A stretch of 15,446 nt of DNA from an uncultured archaeon (GTDB lineage Archaea > Asgardarchaeota > Lokiarchaeia > Sigyniarchaeales > SOKP01): the NCBI GenBank assembly GCA_964525635.1, contig CAZGJX010000097.1, positions 1-15,446 of the forward strand. Reading direction: 5' to 3'. The notes beneath the pieces are model-generated. The model did not search any database. It saw only the letters and a program-made list of their open reading frames with translations, and had not been told where the DNA came from. Shown one piece after another: positions 9,354-15,446 of the stretch. The position numbers and the translations under genes are program-made. Numbering within the stretch: the stretch's first letter is position 1; every line of letters starts with the position of its first letter.

Positions 9354-9920
9354 ATGTCTCAAAAAGTATTGATTGTATATGGATCGCGTTATGGAAGTAC
9401 AGAAGAAATTTCAATTAAGTTTAAAAAAAAACTGGAAGATAGTGGTTTTATCGTTGATTTAATAAATTTAAAATCTAAAAAAAAAGAAATGCCCCAAGTT
9501 AACAACTATTCTGGTGTTTTAATTGGTAGTGGTATTCTTATTAATAGATGGACTAAAAAAGCAAAACAATTCTTAAAAAAGAATGTTAAATTAATAAATG
9601 ATAATAACATATTAGTTGGAATATATCTTAGCTCTGGTTTAGCAGCTAATCCAGAAAGACGGCCAGAGGCAGTTGAAAAATTATTGATAAAAGTTTTTGA
9701 AAAAGAAGGTTTAGTATTAGGAGATAATGTCATTTATGATGCTTTTGGTGGAGTAAATGATTTATCTGAAAACACAAATCTAAGTGGTTTACATCGTAAA
9801 ATGTTGACAATGGCATCAAAAATGGACCCAGACTATATAGTTTTAGGAGAAAGAAAAGATTGGCGCGATTGGGATCAAATCAACAGCTTTATTGAAAAAT
9901 TTATTTCTATAATTAAATGA
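9354..9920 (+). CDS. Flavodoxin-domain protein (Flavodoxin_5 / HemG-like)
   Basis: KVLIVYGSRYGSTEEI (FMN phosphate loop), YSGVLIGSGI..W, AFGG, and C-terminal DWRDWDQINSF, all typical of HemG-like flavodoxins. Confidence 0.88.
   Translation: MSQKVLIVYGSRYGSTEEISIKFKKKLEDSGFIVDLINLKSKKKEMPQVNNYSGVLIGSGILINRWTKKAKQFLKKNVKLINDNNILVGIYLSSGLAANPERRPEAVEKLLIKVFEKEGLVLGDNVIYDAFGGVNDLSENTNLSGLHRKMLTMASKMDPDYIVLGERKDWRDWDQINSFIEKFISIIK
9865..9920 (+). repeat. Direct repeat copy 1 (3' end of the flavodoxin gene)
   Basis: 52 of 56 nt identical to 11978-12033, with a perfect 38-nt core (9872-9909 = 11985-12022). Confidence 0.93.
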
Positions 9921-9949
9921 TTTTTTATAGTTTTATTTTTAATAGTTCA

Positions 9950-9972
9950 TTGTCCTATATCAAATAGGAAAA
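9950..9972. promoter_or_regulatory. Near-perfect palindrome, candidate transcription-factor site
   Basis: TTGTCCTAT-ATCAA-ATAGGAAAA; 8 of 9 arm positions are complementary. CAAATAGGAAAA is identical at 9961-9972 and 10215-10226. Confidence 0.45.
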
Positions 9973-9981
9973 ACATTAACA

Positions 9982-10089
9982 GATAGTGTCAGTATTACTA
10001 TTGCTCCAAATGCTCAGCTCCAAAACGATGATCTAAATCATGATAATAAAGTAGAGATTATTGTTACTTTTATGATTGTACAATAATAC
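9982..10089 (+). pseudogene. Relic of the 3' end of a dockerin-bearing gene
   Basis: Translates to DSVSITIAPNAQLQNDDLNHDNKVEIIVTFMIVQ*Y and aligns without gaps (16 of 36 identical) to DSVTVTVSQSTEFQNGDVNHDSNVDIVDALMIAQYY of the GH9 protein (8972-9079). It has a premature TAA and altered Ca-binding residues. Confidence 0.8.
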
Positions 10090-10203
10090 AGAGATACTTT
10101 TAATTAAAAAATTATTTAAAAATTACGTTTACAAAGATAGGATTTTAATTAAATTTCTCAGTAAAGAAAAATAATTTGACAATTTTTTCTATATTTTTCT
10201 TAT

Positions 10204-10236
10204 ATTCCCCATGACAAATAGGAAAACTTATATAAT
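10204..10236 (+). promoter_or_regulatory. Imperfect palindrome followed by a TATA box upstream of the rhodanese/halocin-like gene
   Basis: ATTCCCCAT-GACAA-ATAGGAAAA followed by C-TTATATAA, about 55 nt before ATG 10291. Confidence 0.5.
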
Positions 10237-10290
10237 ATGCTATTTTACGTTAAAAGAATTTAATTTTTAATAATTTAGTTGAAGATAATT

Positions 10291-10710
10291 ATGAATGTAA
10301 AAAAAGATCATAAATCAAAAAAGGGGGTTCTTGTAGCAATCATTATAATCTCATTTATAATACCTATGGCTCGGGTAATCCCTCCTGTTAATGCTTGCAA
10401 ACCGAATGATAGTCCTTTTATTGAAAATATATCAGTAAGGACAGCAAGCAGCATTATTAGAAGAATGGATCCCATAATTTTAGATGTTAGAAAATCTGAA
10501 GATTTTGAAACAGGCCATTTATTTAATGCAATCAATATTCCATTTTTAGAATTAGAAGATCGAATTCAAGAATTAGAATCTTCAAAAAAGGATTTAATTA
10601 TTATATATTGTAATACTGGTTTTACAAGTGAATTAGCAAGTGAATTATTATATACGCATGGATATTTACTAAAATCTATAATATGCTTGGTGGTATTCAG
10701 GAATGGATGA
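10291..10710 (+). CDS. Signal peptide plus rhodanese-like domain; 5' part of a frameshifted gene
   Basis: Basic/hydrophobic N-terminus (KKGVLVAIIIISFIIPMA...VNAC), then ILDVR..E.FETGHL.NAINIP and IIIYCNTGFTS. Similarity breaks after HG(Y). The expected ending FTKIYNMLGGIQEW is in another frame from 10665. ATG 10291 is preferred to TTG 10279. Confidence 0.85.
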   Translation: MNVKKDHKSKKGVLVAIIIISFIIPMARVIPPVNACKPNDSPFIENISVRTASSIIRRMDPIILDVRKSEDFETGHLFNAINIPFLELEDRIQELESSKKDLIIIYCNTGFTSELASELLYTHGYLLKSIICLVVFRNG

Positions 10711-11672
10711 ATTCAGGATATAAAATCTCAACAACATACCATTATATAAACTTTTCTGAATCAATAAATCAGAGAATCTTCATTGATATTACTCCTCTCA
10801 TTAAAAATAAACTTGATTGTTCTAGTTGTAATAGTGATTCAAATTGTTCTAATTTTGAATTAGAGAGGCCACAAAACGTTGAAATAACTGAAGTATTAAA
10901 TAATGAGACTCATTTAATATTGCTTCAAAGTTTTGAATTAGATGGTATATCATATGAATCCCAAATTGCTTATATCACTAGATGGACTTCAACAGAACAA
11001 ACCGATAAACTAAATCGAACTATGAAATTTACTACAATTGAAGTAAGTGGTGAAGATTTCTTAATTACCTATGATACTTTGGAATATTTAGCAGAATATG
11101 AAGATTATAGTATAAGTATTAAAACTCAATTAATACCCTCAGAAGAAGGAAAATATAGTTATTCATTCACTCACATTTTATTAGTAGATAAAAATAATGA
11201 AAAAGTGTTATCTGAAGAATTTGTTGAAATAAATAAACCTTTAAAAGTCTCTGATCTCTATAGTCTTTTAGGAATAATTAGTTTTAAAATGTCTAATGTT
11301 TATAGCAACTACCTGAGAATTTCAAATGATGTAAAATTTGAGTCATTAGCCATTGGATATTTTCATATGGCGCTTGAATGTTTTAAACTTTCGGAAATAG
11401 TTTATAAATCAATTCCATCATATAATCTTGAAATTCTAGAAAGTTATGCAGTTCTAAATGATCCTCCTTGGTGGATCTGTGCAGCAGCTTCATTTACATG
11501 TGGATTTATGATAGGATATATAGCAGGTTGTGCAGTTGCAGCAGTTGTTACAGCAGGATTAGGTTTTGTTGCTTGTATTGGAAGTGCATTAGCTTTAGTT
11601 GGAGCTTCTTGGGCATTGATTGCTACATGCACAATTTTGTGTTGTTGTTTGGGTTTTGCCGTTTGTTGCTAA
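10683..11672 (+). CDS. 3' part of the frameshifted gene: end of rhodanese, CxxC motif, acidic pro-region and Cys-rich hydrophobic C-terminal peptide (halocin C8-like precursor)
   Basis: Starts with the rhodanese end MLGGIQEWMNSGY, then CSSC. The last 70 aa (11460-11669; DPPWWIC...LCCCLGFAVCC) contain 10 Cys and no charged residue after the first Asp. The halocin-like call rests on architecture only. Confidence 0.65.
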   Translation: MLGGIQEWMNSGYKISTTYHYINFSESINQRIFIDITPLIKNKLDCSSCNSDSNCSNFELERPQNVEITEVLNNETHLILLQSFELDGISYESQIAYITRWTSTEQTDKLNRTMKFTTIEVSGEDFLITYDTLEYLAEYEDYSISIKTQLIPSEEGKYSYSFTHILLVDKNNEKVLSEEFVEINKPLKVSDLYSLLGIISFKMSNVYSNYLRISNDVKFESLAIGYFHMALECFKLSEIVYKSIPSYNLEILESYAVLNDPPWWICAAASFTCGFMIGYIAGCAVAAVVTAGLGFVACIGSALALVGASWALIATCTILCCCLGFAVCC

Positions 11673-11684
11673 AATATAAATCTT

Positions 11685-11698
11685 ATTTTTTTTTTTTA
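11685..11698 (+). terminator. Oligo-T run after the Cys-rich precursor gene (possible terminator or attenuator)
   Basis: A run of about 12 T in the 46-nt gap before the small membrane gene. Confidence 0.3.
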
Positions 11699-11718
11699 TA
11701 TATCTAAATTACTAATTT

Positions 11719-11973
11719 ATGGTGATTAAGGTAGAAAAAACTAAGAAAATTCTTTATTATGGATTAATGTTAATTTCAGGTATTTTTGGATTTGTATATT
11801 TTTTATTTTTTCCAAATTTAGTTCTCTTCTGTGGATCAACAATATTTTTAATAATTGGAGCTACTTACACAATTTCTACTATATTAAAAAAAGATTTCAA
11901 GTATGGATTACTTGGTCATTTGAGTTTTTTAGTTTTTCTTTTTTTTGTTATTCTATATTTTGTGGAAATATAA
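11719..11973 (+). CDS. Small membrane protein with about 3 TM helices; candidate immunity protein
   Basis: 84 aa with a basic N-terminus and three hydrophobic stretches, 46 nt downstream of the Cys-rich precursor on the same strand. Confidence 0.65.
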   Translation: MVIKVEKTKKILYYGLMLISGIFGFVYFLFFPNLVLFCGSTIFLIIGATYTISTILKKDFKYGLLGHLSFLVFLFFVILYFVEI

Positions 11974-11977
11974 AAGT

Positions 11978-12033
11978 GCGATTTGGATCAAATCAACAGC
12001 TTTATTGAAAAATTTATTTCTAAAATTCAATAA
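11978..12033 (+). repeat. Direct repeat copy 2 (orphan flavodoxin 3' end)
   Basis: Encodes RDLDQINSFIEKFISKIQ* versus RDWDQINSFIEKFISIIK* in copy 1, with the stop at the same position. Confidence 0.93.
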
Positions 12034-12217
12034 ATACCATTTTACAATTATTATATTTCCTAACTTTTTTCTGATTTTATAATATTGTATAAATTTTACT
12101 GGTGGACTCAAAAAGGTCAAATTATTTTGTTGTTAAACTCTTCTTAACAAAAAATAAAAATTAAGGATTATTTTATAAAAAAATTAGAAATTTAATATTA
12201 TTGAGGAACTCAAATTT

Positions 12218-13801
12218 ATGGAATTAGAGATTTATGGTGGAGTTAATGAAATTGGGGGTAACAAAATATTTATTAATATAGGAGATAAGAAATTTCTTTT
12301 CGATTTTGGTCTTTCATTTAAAGACAGTAATCAATATTTCTCTGAATTTCTTAATCCCAGAAAATTCAATGGGATTATTGATTATTTATATCTTAATCTT
12401 ATTCCACCTGTTAACAAAATATACAGAAATGATTTAATAACACCCTTTAAAGATATTCTCAATCAACCTAATTATAAAATTAATTTAAGTGACACTAATT
12501 TAATTGATGCTTTTTTCTTAACTCATGCACATATGGATCATTATAAATTTGCAGGATTTCTTCGACAAAAAACACCAATTTATCTCAATTGGATCTCATA
12601 CGATCTCATACAATATCTATCAGAAACATCAATAGACCAATTAATACCAGAGATTTTAAATTTCTATGAATCATTTAAAATGGTACCAAAAAAAAGACAA
12701 AAAAAAGATGCTGAAATTCAATATAAAAGAGCAACTAAAAATGACTATAAAGATGATGAGATTAAACGCAAAGTAAATATTATGGAAAATGAAAAACCAT
12801 ATTCTTTTAATACATCAAAGGGTGTGGTTAATATAACACAATATATCGTAGATCATTCAATACCTGGGGCATGTTCCTATATCATTGAAAATGACGGAAG
12901 AAGTGTAATATATACAGGAGATTTTAGAAGACATGGCTTTCATAAAGAATGGGTTGATAGATTTATCGATATGGCTCATAATTCCAATCCAATAGCAATT
13001 ATTACTGAAGGTACAAGAGTTCCATCTATAGAAGATTTTGAAAGTGGAAAATATAGAATAGAAGATCAAAGTGAGAAGGATGTAGAAATCCGTTCTCGAG
13101 ATTTAATGAGAATGCATCCTGGATTGATATTGGTAAATTTTCCTATAAGAAATCTTGATAGAATATTGTTATATTATAAGTTAGCAAAGAAATTAAATCG
13201 GATTTTTGCAATAACACCTAAAGTATTCCTCCTTATTGATAAATATCGAACAAGTTTAGATAATATGGAAGAAAAAGTTATAAAAGATTTTTATAGTGCA
13301 TATAATTTCCCAGAATATAATGATGAGAATTTTAAGGTTTATTTGAGAAGAAAAGGATGGGGAAAATTTGAATCAGCAGATTATAGAACACATGAAAAAC
13401 AGATTTTTGAAGATGGTAATTACTTGACTTATAGAGATATAATTAAAGAACCAGAAAAATATTTACTTTATTTAGATTTCTTTATGCTAAGTGAATTAAT
13501 TGATTTAAATCAAGAAAAAGATTCAATTATGTATATTAATTCTACAACAGATCCATTCAATGAGGAAATGGAAATTAAAGAAGAAAAACTAACAGCATGG
13601 TTAGAACATTTTGGAATCTTAAAAACAGAAACCATTCATTCATCAGGTCATTGTTCCGTAGATGATCTAATCGATGCTTTACAAAAAATTAATGCCGAAA
13701 ATATCATCCCAATCCATACAGAAAATCCTAAAACATTTGAACAATTAGGTTTATCAGGAAATATTATAATTCCAGAAAAAGGAAAGATATATCAATTTTA
13801 A
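12218..13801 (+). CDS. Metallo-beta-lactamase-fold beta-CASP ribonuclease (RNase J-like)
   Basis: YGGVNEIGGN, LFDFG, LTHAHMDH (HxHxDH), DHSIPG, YTGDFR, ITEGT, HSSGH and IPIHTE: the full MBL and beta-CASP motif set. Confidence 0.9.
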   Translation: MELEIYGGVNEIGGNKIFINIGDKKFLFDFGLSFKDSNQYFSEFLNPRKFNGIIDYLYLNLIPPVNKIYRNDLITPFKDILNQPNYKINLSDTNLIDAFFLTHAHMDHYKFAGFLRQKTPIYLNWISYDLIQYLSETSIDQLIPEILNFYESFKMVPKKRQKKDAEIQYKRATKNDYKDDEIKRKVNIMENEKPYSFNTSKGVVNITQYIVDHSIPGACSYIIENDGRSVIYTGDFRRHGFHKEWVDRFIDMAHNSNPIAIITEGTRVPSIEDFESGKYRIEDQSEKDVEIRSRDLMRMHPGLILVNFPIRNLDRILLYYKLAKKLNRIFAITPKVFLLIDKYRTSLDNMEEKVIKDFYSAYNFPEYNDENFKVYLRRKGWGKFESADYRTHEKQIFEDGNYLTYRDIIKEPEKYLLYLDFFMLSELIDLNQEKDSIMYINSTTDPFNEEMEIKEEKLTAWLEHFGILKTETIHSSGHCSVDDLIDALQKINAENIIPIHTENPKTFEQLGLSGNIIIPEKGKIYQF

Positions 13802-13845
13802 AAGAAAAAACCATATGAGAGATAATAATATAATTAAGTGGTATT

Positions 13846-15249
13846 ATGGAAAATACAAATTTTTGTTTACCGAGTGATGAAACAATATCTATAGCAGGAC
13901 TCTTAAAAGAATATAAACCTCATAATAAAGCGATTTATACTTTTACAATTACCCCAGATAGAATATATGTAATTACTGGTTCTTTAGATAAAACAATAAA
14001 AATTTGGAATTTAGAAACAGGAGATTTAAATATAAAAATTGATGGTCATGATGATGAAATTATTTGTCTAGATCTTTCTTCTGATGGTAGTCGTATTGTA
14101 AGTGGTTCTGAAGATAACACAATAAAATTATGGAAACTAGACACTGGAAATTTAATGCGAAATTTTACAGATCATGAAGGAGCGATTTTTGACGTTTTAA
14201 TTTCTCCTAATGATGATTATATTATCAGTACTTCTGAAGATAAAACAGCAAAAATTACAAAATGGAGTACAAAGAAGATAATAAGAACTTTAAAAGAAGA
14301 AGAATCTGGATTGAAATCTATAGCAATATCCCCAAATGGAAAATATTTAGCAATTAGTAGCGGAAGGAATATTTATATTTGGAATTGGGGTGAAAATGAA
14401 CCTAAATATAAGGTTGAAGGTCATAAATTTGCTATTAGCTCAATTAAGATATGTCCAAAAGGAGAATATCTTGTATCAGGTTCACTAGATAAAACAATTA
14501 AAATATGGAATTTAAATACGGGAGATTTAATTAAAACACTCAAGGGTCATAAAGGAGGAATTAACTCAATCGCAATATCTTTCGATAGAAGATATATTGC
14601 CTCAGGTTCAGGTGATAAAACAGTGATAGTATGGGACACAATTAATGGAAAAACATATGGACCTTTTCTTCATGAATCTTTTGTACAATGTGTTAAATTT
14701 ATTCCAAATTCATATTTAGTAATAGGGGCGGATTATAACGGCTCTGTGAGAGTTTGGGACTTTCTTGGGGAGTGTATAGATTTGAAATCAGGATTAATGA
14801 AAGGTGATTCTTATACTGATATCTCTGAAGACTTTTCCAAAAATCTTACAATATTTATTAGTTATGCTACTTCTGATACAAATATATATGAAATTCAGAG
14901 AATTTCCAATATTTTAAGCAACTCATATCCTGATATTGAAAAAGTTTTATTTTGGGAGGAAAATATGGATGATGATATATATGTGTATATGAATGATAAT
15001 TTAGCAATTGCTGATATAGTTATTGTTTTCTGCTCAAAAAATGCGAATGAATCAGAAGCCGTTAGAACAGAATGGATGGTGGCCCATAAAATGAAAAAAA
15101 AAATCATTCCTGTTTTTATAAAGGAAGAATTTATACCTCCATTACTAACCACAAAATTGGGAGTACAATATAAAACAAATAATCTGAAAGAATTCATACA
15201 AGATTTATATTCACTAATTAAAAAAAAAACAAAACCAAGAAGAAAATAA
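13846..15249 (+). CDS. WD40 (7 repeats) - TIR domain protein
   Basis: Seven WD repeats, e.g. GHDDEI...SGSEDNTIKLWK and GHKGGINSIAIS...SGSGDKTVIVWD. The TIR domain starts at about 14851: IFISYA, DIVIVFCSKNANESEAVRTEW (Glu codon 15070-15072), KIIPVF, IPPLL. Confidence 0.92.
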   Translation: MENTNFCLPSDETISIAGLLKEYKPHNKAIYTFTITPDRIYVITGSLDKTIKIWNLETGDLNIKIDGHDDEIICLDLSSDGSRIVSGSEDNTIKLWKLDTGNLMRNFTDHEGAIFDVLISPNDDYIISTSEDKTAKITKWSTKKIIRTLKEEESGLKSIAISPNGKYLAISSGRNIYIWNWGENEPKYKVEGHKFAISSIKICPKGEYLVSGSLDKTIKIWNLNTGDLIKTLKGHKGGINSIAISFDRRYIASGSGDKTVIVWDTINGKTYGPFLHESFVQCVKFIPNSYLVIGADYNGSVRVWDFLGECIDLKSGLMKGDSYTDISEDFSKNLTIFISYATSDTNIYEIQRISNILSNSYPDIEKVLFWEENMDDDIYVYMNDNLAIADIVIVFCSKNANESEAVRTEWMVAHKMKKKIIPVFIKEEFIPPLLTTKLGVQYKTNNLKEFIQDLYSLIKKKTKPRRK

Positions 15250-15270
15250 ATTATTAACTAGAAAAATCAT

Positions 15271-15295
15271 GTTTTTTTTTTTACTTTCTTTTATT
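15271..15295 (+). terminator. Oligo-T terminator after the WD40-TIR gene
   Basis: A run of 11 T followed by further T-runs about 20 nt past the stop codon. Confidence 0.5.
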
Positions 15296-15446
15296 ATTTA
15301 TAATAATTAACTAGTTAACCCTCGCCTGGTTCTGAAATATACAGAAAAGAACAATAAAATTTTATTGAATATATTCTAAATATTTAAATTTCCTTAGTGT
15401 CCTATAATTCTTATATACCTCCATATTACTTTCTTTTATAATAACA

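Noticed and set aside
5539-9733. Minus-strand ORFs 5539-5790, 6863-7051, 8915-9172 and 9506-9733
   Set aside because: They are shadows of the GH9 and flavodoxin genes.
9354-9920. Assigning the symbol hemG (and rnj for 12218-13801)
   Set aside because: The family is recognisable, but orthology and function cannot be established from motifs alone.
10308-11707. ORFs 10308-10535(-), 11444-11632(-) and 11468-11707(+)
   Set aside because: They are antisense or alternative-frame overlaps of the precursor gene. The Cys-richness of 11468-11707 follows from reading Ala/Val-rich codons out of frame.
9865-12033. 56-bp repeat pair as a DGR TR/VR
   Set aside because: There is no reverse transcriptase in the window, one of the four mismatches is G/T, and the gene is a flavodoxin. 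Duplication or integration explains it better.
12857-15197. Minus-strand ORFs 12857-13069 and 14895-15197
   Set aside because: They are shadows of the beta-CASP and TIR genes.
15307-15405. Palindrome TTAACTAGTTAA (15307-15318) and half-site TGTCCTAT (15398-15405)
   Set aside because: Both are short and AT-rich, the half-site lacks its partner arm, and the downstream context is outside the window.

Overview
Very AT-rich window that reads like an Asgard archaeon (Lokiarchaeia-type); this is inferred from gene content (Roadblock/LC7 protein, WD40-TIR fusion, TATA-type promoters, oligo-T terminators), not shown. From left to right: (1) a >1320-codon secreted S8 subtilase with 87-aa Ig/cadherin-like tandem repeats on the minus strand, which runs off the window edge and was missed by the ORF track; (2) a 277-bp non-autonomous IS200/IS605 element with IS608-type ends that appears to keep a TnpB omega-RNA scaffold but has no ORF; (3) a Roadblock/LC7 gene and a small hypothetical gene; (4) a secreted GH9-CBM3-FN3x2-CBM3-Ig-dockerin cellulase; (5) a flavodoxin whose last 56 bp reappear 2113 bp downstream; (6) between those two repeats, a dockerin gene relic, a frameshifted signal peptide-rhodanese-Cys-rich (halocin C8-like) precursor and a small membrane protein (candidate toxin/immunity cassette); (7) a beta-CASP/RNase J-like nuclease followed by a 7-bladed WD40-TIR protein. 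An imperfect palindrome (TTyTCCTAT-N5-ATAGGAAAA) occurs three times, twice directly upstream of a TATA box. All family calls come from motif recognition by eye; no searches were run.
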